A stretch of DNA of 63,996 bases, filler included, from Sphacelaria rigidula (lineage: Eukaryota), in the NCBI GenBank assembly GCA_964200075.2. It is 3 parts of 3 records of this genome, joined end to end, with 100 filler letters (N's around TTAATTAATTAA, not from the genome) between each part and the next. Parts side by side here need not be neighbours in the genome. Positions count along the whole stretch, not along the records: positions 21,736 to 43,351 come from CAXNAA020000400.1; positions 43,452 to 63,996 come from CAXNAA020000519.1; 1 more part is not named here. One strand, 5' to 3'. Below, piece after piece: positions 37,041-51,329 of the stretch. A program made the translations under genes and the position numbers. Positions within the stretch are counted from its first letter, which is position 1; the number at the start of each line of letters is the position of its first letter. The notes beneath the pieces were generated by a model. The model worked only from the letters and a program-made list of their open reading frames with translations. It was not told the origin of the DNA and did no database searches.

Positions 37041-39721
37041 TACGGGTTAATACGGCGGAGAGCTCCTCATGCGGCCACTCTATGGCACGACCAGTGTAGC
37101 TAATCTCGAGTGTGGCGGGCCGCGATTCCACCTCTCGACATGCACATTGAGTTCGAAGTAAGAGCTCTACAGCGGAGAATAAAGTAGGGGGAAACAGGAT
37201 AATCACCAAGAAGAACCTTCATCCAATTTCTGCAAGCATGTTTTCTGACTTGACGTCGTTAGCTCTCAGTTCGAAGAACAACAGCTTCACCAAGTGTAAA
37301 CAAACTGTGGCACGAAGTCTTCGAGCAGAATGTTCAGCGGGTTGGATAGCAGCAGCTGCATGGTCATGATACGCAGAGCAGCCACAACTCAGTGCTGCAC
37401 TTGGCCCTTTTTCATTTGTTATTTCCCTTGATCTTTGCACTGCGAATGATGACGAAAATCTCGCGTTTGCGAGTGGAGACTGTGCACTTACCCCTGTACC
37501 TTGGGGGCAAATACTACTGAACGACCATAAGCGGCTATGAAACGATTGAAGCATCCGCCTATGGATACAAAACCACGTGCTGGCAATGTTTGAGATCTGT
37601 ATGAGCGTGTTTATGGCAAGTGAGGCCTGAAGCTGCCACCGTTTTGGAGTATGCTACCCCCCCCCTCAGACCGGTATTATGATGTGCCAGACAAAACGGG
37701 CTGGCGCCAGCCAACGCACCAACGCACCAACAGAGGCATGAGTAATCAAAAGGCAGTGAGCGTCTCACTGCAGAAAGTTTGATATCATGTAACGGCTCTC
37801 GGTGTCCTCAGGACTCGATATAAGTTGAAATCTTACGAGGTTTTGGACTAGATAAATAGTGCGTTCAATTTGACAAGCAATGGCTGTACCTTAACACCTA
37901 CTTTCTCGACACCGATGCGCTGATTGCCAACACGGAAAGCGTGTGCGATACATCCTGTCCAAAGATACGGCAATAAATATTCATCACATCACTATGCTTC
38001 AGCTGTATACCTGCGAGCATTGGAGGTTAGCAGACGTTCCGCTTTCAATTTACACTGACTGTATCTTGACTCTCTGCACTACCTATAGTACCTGAACAGC
38101 CGACTACAAACACCAAGAAACGGTTGCCCTGCGCGATGTACGTACAAGAAGTCAATTCAAGTTCGAGTATAATCATGACGTCCAAGCATCACCAGGAAGA
38201 GACACTGGTATAACACGAGGTCCACGGAGCACGAATTACCCCACAATTGTCACATTGTAGTCAACCAATTGCCACACTGGCTACTCCGTACCGTAGTCGA
38301 TAATTGGTGGATACTAAACGTGAGCATGTGATGATGGGATACACTGGTCATGTAACGAGCCGTAAGAGGTAAAAACTTATATAAAGCGTTTGGAAATTAT
38401 TCGTTTCACTGTACTGTATTGCACGAAGAAACGGTTTTCGATATCGAGGTCGATATGCAACCGTGTCCAAGTATTTGTTGTACGTGCGCATACGCCCACC
38501 GCCTTATCGCGGCTCAACCCCTCGAGACCCAACGAGATCCAACGTCCTTCTAAATAGAACAAATCCTGGTGTACTACTTCCCTTCGTTCCATGGGTGAAG
38601 TGTGGTATCATATTCGAGGTACGTAGTCAAATCCAATCACACATTTTCTTTTATGTGAGAATCTTACGCTTTTGTGACTACGATAAAAAAGTGGGGTACA
38701 TCTGCCAAGTCCACCGGACGTGCTCACTGCACAGCACAAGAAGTCAGGCAAAAAAAAAAATGATCATGTTTTAGTTTTCCAGTGTTGTGAAACGGTTATG
38801 AGTCCTGGACAAGAATCTTGGGGGAATTTGCCTTTCTGTAAGGTATAATAGCATCCGCAATACCCCCGCTTCAAAGCCTCTTCGTGCGTATCGTATATCG
38901 CAGGAAAAGGTTTGTAGAGGTAAGCTCTTTAGTCGGCTTGCGGTTGAGAAATATTTGCGCCTTTTTCTCAGCATACCTATCTTTACGTGTGGTGCGTCCT
39001 CAAGCCAACAAAATTTGCGGAAATTTTGGTCGTTAGTTTGTGAAGTCTGTTTTCACATCAATTTGCGCTTTTGTCGCCCACTTAACTTTGCCGATTTGTT
39101 TGTATATACTACAGCGGTACTAGAGCGATGATCGGACCGGGATTCGAACCCGGGACCTTGCAGTCACGCGCCAGCAAGACTTACTTTTTGATGTCACCAC
39201 TTTGAAAAGGTGATGAGTCATTGACGGATGGATCCTTGAGGTAGTCTATCCCTTTTTGAAGTAGTACACCAAGAATTGGAAGGTGGAAATGAATGATGAT
39301 CAAGTCGATAACCCCTTAGTCAACGTTCCTCGTTAGGCATACATCATGACGGAACTCAAAGTCATTCCAAGGCCCCAGAACCCAGCTACACGCAGCTGAT
39401 CCCCATGGCACTTGCGCCTGAGTTCGCCCACCTTGATGACTTGGTAAGATTTCTGAAGTGACCGTTTCGGCAGCACATGTGCCATGTGAAAGCATCATCG
39501 AGAGCTACCTATTTGCTTATGGGATGAAAGGAAAATCGAGGATCCTGCGTCCCATATGGATTACGGTGAGGATCATACGGGTATGTGCCGGGCCCACACA
39601 GTAGTCCTGACGTTCATCAATTAAAAAAATCACCATGTATTGCCCGAAAAAGTACGAGAATAGGTCCATTTGGGGTCTACCGCCTATCTCCAGAATCAAC
39701 GACTGAAAAATTCTTCGAGGC

Positions 39722-40059
39722 TGTGTGTGTTCTGTGTGCGTTGTCGTCCCATCTATTCTGGACGCCGGTCTACACCTTTCGGGATATAAGGGCGCATCAG
39801 CCGGGGTCACACAGGAGGAAGGTCAACTCAGGAGGTTTTTCTTTCTTGTTTGTTTTTAGTCCTCAACCTTCCTCCTGCGGTGCTTGCCTTCATTTTTTAT
39901 CGTGAGAGGAGTTCAGCAGTCCCTCTCCCTCGTCGACCGTTATTTTAGTCGCTCTCCACTAGTGAGCATTGTACGAGAAAAAATCCCAGATCGCTCCGAG
40001 ATTTGAACCCACGACCCAACCGTCAGAAGCTTTCGAGGTTACCAACTGAGCCACCGGGG
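39722..40059 (-). mobile_element. SINE family A copy
   Basis: Reverse complement of 27224-27558; head ggttaccaactgagccaccgggg at 40037-40059. Confidence 0.85.
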
Positions 40060-42006
40060 AGACCAGTTTGCGACAAATATTTCCATAAATATGCGACGGT
40101 ATCGAAACCTACAACGACCAGTGAATCGCTTCAAAGCGCCAAGTATGAGCAACCAAACATAAGGGACTTCACTAGTGGGACGGAGGTATGTATCGTGTGT
40201 GTTTTTATCCAGCGGGATCCGGCTGACGGTAAACCAATCTAACCGGTTGAGGATACCAAGCTCCAAGGGGCCTACCTGGTCACGGCCGTATAAGTCAGAC
40301 ATCAAAAAGAGTACACCACGGTGTCGAACAAGCCACGGTCCAACCACGAACACTCGAGCAGGATATGCATTTTTATACAGTCGGTGTTGAAGCCACAGGA
40401 GTATGCTTCGGTTCCAGAACCTGCGAGTGCTCTACTTCGAAGCGGATCCTGGTGCTGAATGTGGCACTTAGCCAACCAAAATATTTTGTGCACTCGTTCT
40501 GTACTAGACTTCATTGGGAGTAAAGCAACATCCTGGTCAACTCGGACGGTATGCCGTGGACAAAGCATCATTAGCTGCTACTGCTTTCTGTTGCTGAGTG
40601 CAGCACAGGTCTACCGCCTACTACGGTACGGCAGTAATATGGATGGGTGTGATCCACAAGCACTGTACTCGACTGCACTCTTCCAAACTTTACTCGTATA
40701 GCTAGCTCTAACGCTAACTCACAACAATGGCCCTGTGGTGTGCGTTGGAAGGGTGTACATCGATGGGGTGTACATGTACGATCTGTACCGTACTGTGCTA
40801 TGTGTTCATTTCTATTGCACATGGTCTGTGGGCGTTGGCAGGGTACACATCTGGGCTTACTGCATTATTAGGGTGAAAAATTGAGCCTTGTGCTTTGAAA
40901 GGATATACGAGGTACACGTCAAAAACCCCTGCTACCGTATCTGTCAATATTCAAGGGTGGGCATGGCAATTTATGCGCAAAGTATTTCGCTGGCTATTTC
41001 TTCATCAATTTTGTGTAGGAAATGAGAGTATCGCACGTTTCAGGGCTAGGGGCTGGACACCTGACCCTCATGCCGTTGAGGCAAACTGCAGCATGTCAAG
41101 AAAATATTATCGATTGTGGGAACGATTACGATGTTTCTAATTCGTGAAGGTCAAAGTCTAAATGACACTTGAGGGCAAAATGACGTGGCGTGGGACAAGG
41201 AAGGCGGAGGTTGTCGCTGCGTTGGTGTTCATCACCCCTCCGCCCGAACCAGTTCCATGGTGTTGCGAGAGACCACCGCTCTCGCGCCACATCGCCTCGA
41301 AGGTTGCTGAGGCGACTCCCACAACTTCCCCACAACCTTGGTATCATCAGCGTTCTTATGAAAAAGGTTTGGCGGGCTAATATAAATCTCGTCAATGAAG
41401 CACGAACTGAAGTCTAGCCACGTATCCAAAAGCTGGCCGAAAAATTACGTTTGACTTGAGCTTAGTACAAACTGCGCCTGCGCAGCTGCGTTCTTGATAC
41501 CGCTGAGCTGACACCTGATGCAGAAATATTGTGCGGTACAGTATCTTGGAACGAGAACTACATGCATGCGCATAATGTAAAACCCATGGGAAATCCATTG
41601 CAAGAGATATAGGGGATTGCAAACATACCGCCAATTAAACAACCCTCTTGAAGTTGGAACAACCTCGCAAAAACCGGGACATCAAAGCATACATGAATTA
41701 GCTTTAGTAGCTTAGTATACAGCATGTATCTAACACTGTACGATGCCATGGTGACTTAAAAAACCCACCTGGAGGCTGATCCACAGAAAGTGAATAAAAA
41801 AAAAACACTGACGTGACACCTACCTTCAGTGTAATATACGACACAAATGTAGACAGTAAGCGTAGGACGGGGCCTAGATATATTGGATTCGCCAGCAAGA
41901 GCTATGTGCGGCGAGACCGCTGTGCTTCTTATTTTATTTTTCCTGATAGTTTCAACCATGTATTTTATGCTCAAACACCTGACACACGGAGTTGAAGTTG
42001 AAGTTA

Positions 42007-42556
42007 CAGTAGTGGGCGGCCTAACTACTTATTTTGTGGCATTTTGTGATTTTTTTGTATTTGGCGATTTTCTTGGCCTCTTTTCGCCTGCCACCGCTCA
42101 TCACATCGGGGATCTGAAGGTTTTTGTATCCGCTCCACATTACAACAGAAAAAATTATCTGCACTCAATACTGAGTGACTTCCGGGCTGGCCGGTCATCG
42201 GGGGTCCTGCCACGATTTAGCCCAGATTCTTACTCCTCTGTATTTCGGGTCGATCGAGTCTGTCCCGATAATATTTGTGAAGGAATGTGCACTTTGATTT
42301 TTTTGAAATTCTGCCTACTCATTGCACTATGGCCGAAAAACTGTGTACCACGATCAATAACACCCTCGTGATAAACAGGGTTTTCACCCGTTTCGCCTGA
42401 CAACACCAACTAACACTGACTTCGGCACTGTGTTTCGAGGATGATCTGTTTATTGTACCAAAATCTACCGACGCCAGCAATATCGAGTTGCATTGAAGAC
42501 TAGTACGCGAGTAAAAACCCCAAAACACCCCTGAGTAGTTAGACCGCCCACTACTG
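42007..42556. mobile_element. Tc1/mariner-type MITE (~550 bp)
   Basis: Terminal inverted repeats cagtagtgggcggcctaactact and agtagttagaccgcccactactg. The left flank is TA and the right flank is TC. No ORF of substance. Confidence 0.7.
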
Positions 42557-43351
42557 TCTGTTTATCCACACAGCACCTACTGGTAAAATCAACTTGCTAT
42601 GATGGCTAAGACGCATGTCTCATCAGTGCACCGACGTCTGAAGCGATACACCGTTGCCGAAAGTTTACAGGTTGAGGGAAAGACATAACCACAGGCAGAA
42701 AATCCTTATTTGAGTAAGGCTACAAGCACAATCTTGACCTTGAACAATGACTGCTAGCGTGCACCATTTACTCGTTTACTCAACGTAAGCGTTGGGCGGT
42801 ACAGCGTGAGTTTGTGCGATCGCGTCTCATATGCTAGAATGGTAAACGACCATCGTGTTAGTGGGATACGTCAATTGTCAATCAACGTGTCTCTTGTGCC
42901 AGCTCCTGGGGAATACTCTTGTTCAGTTTGTGTGCTGTGGTGGATAAAAATGAGCCGGAGTTTGAAACAGATATTTATGGACGTGTTCCACAGGTATGGG
43001 CGCGCCTGACCCACCAAACTGGGCAAAAAAAGTGTCACCCACCAAAATCACGAAAAGACAGGAACATATCGACTTTTGGGGCTTATTCAGGCCCGTCGGG
43101 TAAAATATGCCTAACATCATCGGAAGAGAAAATGACATGGATCCAAAATTCATATAGAGAACCCTACCGTTACTTCTGTTGGTGTTTCACATATGCTGCA
43201 TGCCACTGCGTAGCTTTTCGTCCATGCTTGCGATACGATGGAATGTTAGGAGGCTAGTTAGGTTGATCCAACCCAACGCACACCGAGAACCCTCGGGCAA
43301 GGGCGGTACGTACATTCTTTGAACAAAGTGAGGCCTTGGTAGACCCCAAAT

Positions 43352-43451
43352 NNNNNNNNNNNNNNNNNNNNNNNNNNNNNNNNNNNNNNNNNNNNTTAAT
43401 TAATTAANNNNNNNNNNNNNNNNNNNNNNNNNNNNNNNNNNNNNNNNNNNN
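43352..43451. other. Artificial contig spacer (N44-TTAATTAATTAA-N44)
   Basis: Identical to 21636-21735. Confidence 0.97.
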
Positions 43452-44407
43452 TGTGTAGTGGGTTCGGTGTGTGCTTTTTGTTTGTTGTTTGGGGTAGGGG
43501 GGTGGGGGGGGGGGGGGGGGGGGGGGGGCTATCGTAGAAACTGCCCCAAGTACAGTGGAATACCCAGTATTTTTGGTAGTCGAAAGTCCAGTACAGTTCC
43601 TCTGGTACTTTCTATTGGTTGTTTCTGTCCTTGATTTCGTCCGTAGTCGGTAGTCCTGCGTTGCTCCCCGCTTTGAACGTTTGTACCTGCTCTACCGTAC
43701 GATGCAATTGGGCTTCAATACTTCTGGAGTCTCATACCTCAGAGCCGACTGTAACGTACAAGAAGCACAGGGACAGGTATCCGACTGGTACAAGGCTTGT
43801 GGGGAAGTGCCGAAATCGCCTTTTCCAACTCAAACAAGGGCATTCTGTATGAAAAATTGCTTCAACGACGAAATTACTTTTTGCGAAAAAAAAAGAAGTT
43901 GTGCAGGGATTCGACTCGCCACCTCCGTAACTGGAGTCCTGGATCAATTGGGCCAATGGGGTCACACAAGAAGTTGCACGCGTAGCCCAATTTTCGGAGT
44001 TTCGAGTCACAATTCACAAGATCTTCCGCGCGCAAGTTCAAAATCCGTGAATCGAGCAACTTTTTTTTTTATTCAGAGAGTTATGGCGTCATCTGTTTTT
44101 TGCTCATATTTCAAATCGCTTCAACTTCCTAATTTTTTATTGAAGTCGTGGTTGCTTGCTCTTGATTGATAATAAAAATCACGTGTCGAAGCTTCAACCC
44201 TTATCTCCTCAAATTATGCTGCGCATCACTTGCTGACTGAAAAATATTTTGCCTGGCCCAGCGCGTTGTTTAGTCCTCCATCAGAATAAATGGTATACTA
44301 TTACGGTAACCCGCACTATATTTGGGAATGTTTACATTCGGCCCGTATACAAGAATCACTGCACTTTTGAAGATAAAGTTTGCTTGTTAGTTTCTCAACT
44401 TGGTGCA

Positions 44408-44712
44408 TTTTTTTTCCTCACTCTTTGAACCCCTCCCCTTCCTCGGGATGAGTCCCTGGTCTCAAGCGATCACCCATCTTTCCCCCTGTACGCGCCTTTC
44501 ATCTTCGTCTCGCGGATTGGGTCAGCACTCCCGCACCGCGTCAACTCACGTCACACGAACCCAGTCGACTTTTTTGTTTACTCACGTTCTAACGCTTTCC
44601 ACGGTGGAAATCATAAATCACACACGACGAAGAAAAAACCCAACGCATCAGGAATCGAACCCCCGCTTTCTCCACCCTCATGGCGACAGTCGGGCCATTA
44701 CACTACCGGGGC
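44408..44712 (-). mobile_element. SINE family B copy
   Basis: ggaatcgaaccc (B box, reverse complement) at about 44651 and ccattacactaccggggc (head, reverse complement) ending at 44712. The body is colinear with 36706-37000. Confidence 0.8.
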
Positions 44713-45963
44713 GCTTAGTCGGACACAATACAGACAGGATGTGCATTAGTCGGCGGCACGTTCGGGCGTGCAGACTATAATAGTTCAATAAAAGCGATAT
44801 ATTGGATTATCGGGCAATACCGGCGATACGTACTCAAATTGGCTCTCTAGCAGCCTAGAGCTCGTACACCGTAATTTAATGCATATCTAGACATGCTGGT
44901 CCAGTCACGTCCACACTATGAGCACCTGGGGAGAGTGCTGTGCTCGCAAGCAATCATAGAACTGTACTCGGTTACCCTTTGGATAATGACAATCTGTATA
45001 TCGTCATTCAGACATCGCCTGTTGAGGTGCTCACTTCGGGGGGCACGGTCCCACGCACGCTGTCGGCGTTGCAACGCGCTATAACTTCGGCCACATGTCA
45101 TGTAAACCATAGCCAAAAAGCCTATTTGCCTCGATCTGGGGTTGCACATTGCAGTAGTGCGCAACGAGGTGAAACAGGTCAGATTCTGTTTCGAGACATG
45201 TGTGCGTGCTTCTTAAATGGCGCGAGACTGATTTTATCTCCTCAGTGTTGCGCTAAAAAAAAAAAATCGGAACAGAATCTGACCACTTTTACCTCTAATC
45301 CGCCCTGCTGCAGTGCACAGCACAAGATATAGCGACGGGGAACTGTTGACTGTGGTTCGCATAACATATGACCGGAGTCTTCGTGCCTTGCAGCGGCTAC
45401 ATCGTGCGTAGGGCTGTGCGTCACGTACTGCGCACTTCTACAGACTGTACGCTGATCGGTACTACTGATGGTTATGATCCAGAAAGGGATGCAGGGTAGA
45501 CCGCTGTTAATTTGCTACCAGATCGGCCGCCCAGCCGCTCAAGATGCCGAAGTTAGTGGACCTGCGCGTACATGTATGCATTCACCTCTAGTGCACGAGG
45601 TCTGGATTGCGGGATAGCCGCTTTGAGGACGCATCGACGGCATTCCCCGAAATTGCTCGTGGTCATATCAGTAATCTGTGCGGGCGCTTGGCGCATATGT
45701 TGCCTGATTTGTGTCCGACTCGCGAGAAAATTTTCATGAGGGAACGCGAAGTCGCAGGCGAGGAATCCCCAACGAAAGTTGCTCTGAAAATTGGGAGTTT
45801 CCCGTAGGAAATTATCCAAATAAACATGAGATGCGGTTACGCCCTGGTTACGCCGCATATCAGATGCGGTTACGCGGTATGACGTTACGGGCACTGCATT
45901 TGACAGTGGTACCGTGCAGTACTGTCAAATGTAGTGCGAACAGTACAGAGAGTACATAGTATC

Positions 45964-46326
45964 TGTGTGTGTGTTGTCCCATTTATTCTGGGCGTCAGTG
46001 TACACCTTTCGGTATATGTGGGCGCACCAGCCGGGGTCACACAGGAGGAAAGTCAACACAGGAGCTTTTTTCTTTTTTCTTTGTTTTAGTACCCCACCTT
46101 CTGCGGTGATTGCCTTTTTGCTTTGAATCGCGAGAGGAGTTCAGCCGTCCCTTTCCCTCCTCGACCGTTGAGTCGGATTGTGAATTTTGTGTACCCACGA
46201 CATAGTGGCCATCTACTGTTGTTGGGTATGGTGTGAAAAAAATCCCAGATCGCTCCGGGAATCGAACCCACTATCCAACCGTCAAGACGTTTCGAGTTTC
46301 GAGGTTACCAACTGAGCCACCGGGGC
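45964..46326 (-). mobile_element. SINE family A copy
   Basis: (TG)n tail at 45964, body ccggggtcacacaggagga, and head ggttaccaactgagccaccggggc ending at 46326. Confidence 0.85.
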
Positions 46327-46819
46327 GTATTCTGTATTCTGTGCATCAGCATTTATACTGCACTTTATAAAGGTCGAGACGGAGAGTTCAAATGTTAAAA
46401 GCCGCCAGATGAGCCGCCAGGCACGCATGCAAACGATTATGCCGTTCTCGTTTGTGCTGAAAGCAATTGAGATGCTTCTTTTTCAGACGGATTGCACAGT
46501 ACATATAATACACCTCTGGCGTGGTGACGGACGGGAACGCAATCCGTGGTTGCCAACTATCGGCGTACCATGGGGCCCGCAAGGCACCCGTACCGAGCAA
46601 CACCATGCACACCACCGAGCGCGGGACATCATCACGTGTTCAGCCTGCACCTTGCGCCGACGATCCAGCCTTTAAAATAGTTTTTCAGATATGCTGCGTA
46701 TTGGGCCGTAGGTCCTTCCCAAGGGGCTCCTCTTGGCTCGTGTGGATTCATACCTACTTTCAAGCTACTTGGGGGATGCTCTAAGCTGATATTTTATATG
46801 ATGACTCTTGTACGCGAAA

Positions 46820-47045
46820 ATCTGCGTACATTTTTTTTTTTGCGCAACCCTGTCTTGGCTTGAAATATATATTTTCTCAGTACACTCTCGTGTGTCCGCT
46901 TCTCCTGTCTGTTTTCTCCGTTTTCTTTCAGTGAATGTTTCCATTTTGCTTCAGGTCGGGTACGTATACCATGTGACCGCGGCTGGATCCATGGGGAATC
47001 GGGCAATATGCAACAATCGATCATCAATCGAACAATCAATCAATC
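46820..47045 (+). mobile_element. RTE LINE 3' UTR remnant
   Basis: T-rich tract, then cgggtacgtataccatgtgacc...ctggatcc, then a caatc-repeat tail, as at 19850-20122. Confidence 0.55.
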
Positions 47046-50000
47046 TTGGATACTCGGGATTTCCGGTTACAGCAGTACTGACTACTACAACAGTCAGTAG
47101 TCGTGCCTCTGCAAACACTGAGTACCTCGAGTATCGAACTCTATCCTAGGCACCTTCGGAAACATGACATATGATTGTATTGGCTATACTGTGCTGTTCG
47201 GTACATTGCTGAGGCCGAAAAGGGTACAAACAGTACACTGCTCGATCATGACGAAGAAAACTGAGGATAGAGAGAGCGACGGGCAAGGGGCCAATTCCAT
47301 GTTGCGGTGTTGCGGTACGAGTACAGTATCGTATGGGCTGTAGTGCCGCGCTTCACCAAACATCATGTCAGGTCAATCTTACAGAAAACAAATAGATCGC
47401 ATAGGAACATGATCAATCCGCACACCTTGGAGTCGATCTTCCTCTTCACCTCCATGCTCAACATGGCGTTGCTATCTCCACCTATTCACCCCGTATCCGG
47501 TCTGCGTGAGTGTTGCTCGGTCGTCCAGGCATCGAGCTTCATTTATCACTTCCGAATTATTGCTTACTTTTCATTACGATATTTGCCCAACTAATGTTTA
47601 CATCGGTGCCAGAGGTCTTCGAACATCAACATATTAGCTCTATTATTTTTCATATAATACGAACGCATACGTGCCCACCCTTGTGTATAGAAGGAACATA
47701 TATTTCAATTCTAGCAAATAGCACGCAACCATAGAGATGACCCCCACACTAAGAACAGACGCAGATAAACAGCATGTCAATGTGAACTTTGATCAATAGC
47801 AAATGCCTACCTGTTACGCGTGGCTATCAAAGTGCGTTTTGACTATTTATTGAATGGTATTTGAAAATAGCGATACGGCTTTGATGACAAAACTGATGTT
47901 GAGGCTGGCAATTGTCTCTATTGTTGAATGTGAAGGATGTGTGCAGTATCAGACACCATGCAGCGTGTGGATTCACTGGTGACTACGGGACTTGAACAAC
48001 TTTACAACCTAGTGTGGTGGGGAGAAATAAACGTACGTACAACAGTACAGCGTAGATATCAAGATGCTGAGCTAGTCGTAGGGAACAACAGGTTTGCTAC
48101 TGCAGGTTACCGTAGAAGTAGATGGTGGCGGAAGCAGCTAAAGACGCAAATTGACCCGCGACGATAATTGTCTAGAGTACAAAGCGATTGTGAAGTGGCT
48201 ACTACTCACGTACTGTTAACTGTGCTGAACTGTTGTTCAGTACTGTACGGTCTCCTTTTGTTTCGCCGGAAGGACCGGGGTGCGGCGGTGCAAAGCGAGC
48301 AAAATACAGCGTGAACTACAGCGAGAGGGTTTTGAGGATCCATAAAGAGCAAGATGAATCCTCCATTTTTGGACGAAAACATGCAGCTGGACAAGAGGAA
48401 GACAATGACAATCATTGTGCTGTCGATGGCGGTGAGGAACGTACTGTGTAACCGACACACATTATGAACGGATTATCCGACGTGATAAAAAGAGACAGGA
48501 GAGGAAGAGTGCAGTGCAGTGCTCCCGTTTTGTAGTTTAGATTTTTGCACTGCAACGTTTGGCAGCTCGATGAATGCACACCAGACTATGCCATTTTTTT
48601 CGGGCTTTGGATCGTGGCCCATTTTGTGTAAGTAAACCTTCTACGCGTACCGATGGATCGCTGGGAGAGGTAGCCTTTTTCAGAGGAAAAGTTTTGCTAA
48701 AATCTGTCACCAGTGCTCAGTATTGTTGGGCCGTATCGTTGGGCCCGTTTTTACGAGGCAAGAAAAGTGAGAACACGCTGTGAGAGTTGGAGGCACCGAG
48801 TTCATGGGTACGGGTCGTTATTAAATAATTAAACTCAAATCAGCTCATCTTTTCGTTGTTTTCCATGATTCTCGAACGGATTTAACCCGGGATTTCTGCG
48901 TTGGTGTACACACGTGCGCTACTTGAGCCCCGTGTACCGCAGAGAGGTCAAGAAGGTCGAGTTGTCGGGGGGTTTTCATTCCCAGGCCCAGCCTGGGCTT
49001 CATTTCCCCCCGCCAGCTGGCTACAGCCCAGAACATGACAGTATTTCGATGATATTTTCACGAGCACCATTTCACCATGAAGCAAGCTTACGGTACACCT
49101 TCGACAGGGGGCAGTGCTCTAGCACACGGGGTCGCACGCGCAAGAGAGATACATGTTTACGTTAGCTGTCTTATGTTCGGTGCGTATAGTGCTTGGTCGT
49201 CTTCGCCATTGCATTCTCTAAATAATTTCTGGCACGGCACCGACTGTATCTTTACCGCGAGATGCGCCAACCCTGGCCAGGCGGTGGGCATCGCGTGAGT
49301 CATGTCTGTGCAGCACCGATCAACACGAGCCATCCAGAACAAAAGCACGACGGCCAACAATAGGGATCCAGCCGCATTCATTCTGATATTGTCTTTTTCT
49401 CGGGTTGTGACGTCCGGGAGCATGAAACAACGCACAATGACGACGATAGCACCATCTGATCTCATGCCCGGCCCGTATCCAAAGCCGCGGAGGGTACAGG
49501 AGGCGGAGCAAGTTGAGCGCAAATGGGGACTGCGACGCCAACGCCGGCCACCGCAATCATACCGCAGGCATGACGATGCTCATAGCGAACGTTTGGTACA
49601 CCAACCCTTATACAGAAAGACAAAGCACTCCTTGTGAGCCCGTTGTTGTCGTTGATACCATCTCTCCGCAGCACGGTCCTGTACTGCGGCTGCGGGCTGC
49701 AGAAGGCCGGTAAACACAAGTGTGACAGAGTCCATGCTAAAATCAAGTTAGCGTTATGAAATGCGTTATGAAACGTAGAAGGACTGGTAATAATTCAAAT
49801 TAAATCACTTGAAATGAGTGTTTGCGTCATGAAATTTGGCCCGTACCCGTGGGCCCGCCGCCGAGTTGAAGAGATTCTGGCGGTTCGGGTGATTTTTTTT
49901 CTTCTCCTTCCGATTGGTTGCGAGCTGATAGGCAACCAATTGGAAGGACAAAAGATACAAAAATCACGAGAAAATTCAGAAAGGTTCCCACTCTTACGGC

Positions 50001-51329
50001 GCGTTCTCGCGTTTCTTGTTGGGGTGAAACAGGTCCTTATGGAGGTGGAACAGTGTGCTTCCTGAAAACATGTCATCTCTCAACTTCTTCCATGCCGCGT
50101 GATTGGTCGGTGCAATACCACCCCTCAAGGAGACAGGAATAGGGGGGAAAACTGTCTGCGCGAACAGATTTTGAAAACCCTTCTGGGATTTTTCAAAATC
50201 TGTTGTCGCGAACCGGCAATTGCTTTGCTGGAAGGGAAATCTGAACATGGAAACCGCAGGGGCACATGCAAACGTGACACGCAACCCAGCAACACGAGAA
50301 ACTGAGAGCCCCAATACCCCCGCGAAAAAAGCCTTCTACGTAACTTAAGCCGTGGCTGCTGATCGAGTTTTGCTTCCCTATGGTCGAATGGTTCAAATTA
50401 AATGAGAAACAGTAGATTGTGTCAGATGCTCGTCGGAAGCATCGACACGTGAGGGCCAGCAACGGCACATTTTCAGGTGAAAAAATGAATATCAGTCGCC
50501 CACGCGGTGTGTTGAGTACAAAAATCAGTTATTCAAAGTGGCTGATTTTGTGATATTCTACGAATGACCTGGATCAGATGTTCCAGGTGATCTGGATCAG
50601 ATTTTTTGAATGATTTGGATTTAAATTTTCGTGGCCACCGAACACAAGGCTTTTGCCGGAAAAGTGGATTCGCCGACATGACCCGAACTCGTTTTGTGGA
50701 ATTCTCGTGGTGTAGTCGCGAAATCTGACATATTTATTTGTCCCTCCGGTGCACAGTTACATCAGAAAATCCTCATGGTTGTAAAAACTTACCGCCATAC
50801 ACTCGGAGCTGAGCGCTGCTCGCGAGCACGACAGCACGACAGCACGACGATGCCGTAGTTGAAGCCAGGGTAGATAGATAGATTGATTGATTGATTGATT
50901 GATTGTCGCACTTTAACTGACCCCCCAGTGGTCCAGCCGTGGTCTCATGATAGAAGTCCCCAAGAAAAACGATACTGAAACACTCTCTGAGAAAAAGAGG
51001 CGAACAGAACGACATAGCAGACTAAGTCCTAACAAAAAAAAGTAATAAAAAAGTCAACTCAAGCAAAAGCACAGAAATAAATGGCCGACCTAAAACAAGA
51101 AAAAAGGAAAAGTGGAAAGTTCAGAGCAAATGAAATAAAATACAATGAAACGATGGGAAAAAAAAAAAAAGGAGGAAAAGGCCGAAGGGATTCAGGGCAG
51201 CACAGTAGATACAGACTCACACCAGTGGGCACCGCAGAGCCGCAGACTAAACATAATTAACAACTGATATGAGCAGACAGGATTCTCCGATCGGCAGCCC
51301 TCGACGCAGCAGCCTCTCGCTTGTCTGCG

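Noticed and set aside
39130-39185. tRNA gene on the minus strand (cccgggttcgaatcccgg T-arm)
   Set aside because: Only a T-arm/B box is recognisable, with no convincing D-arm or acceptor stem. Likely a SINE or tRNA fragment. A similar relic lies at about 12395-12472.
49157-49400. Secreted-protein first exon (MNAAGSLLLAVVLLFW...)
   Set aside because: The hydrophobic stretch and a donor site are suggestive, but I could not link it to an open downstream exon chain.
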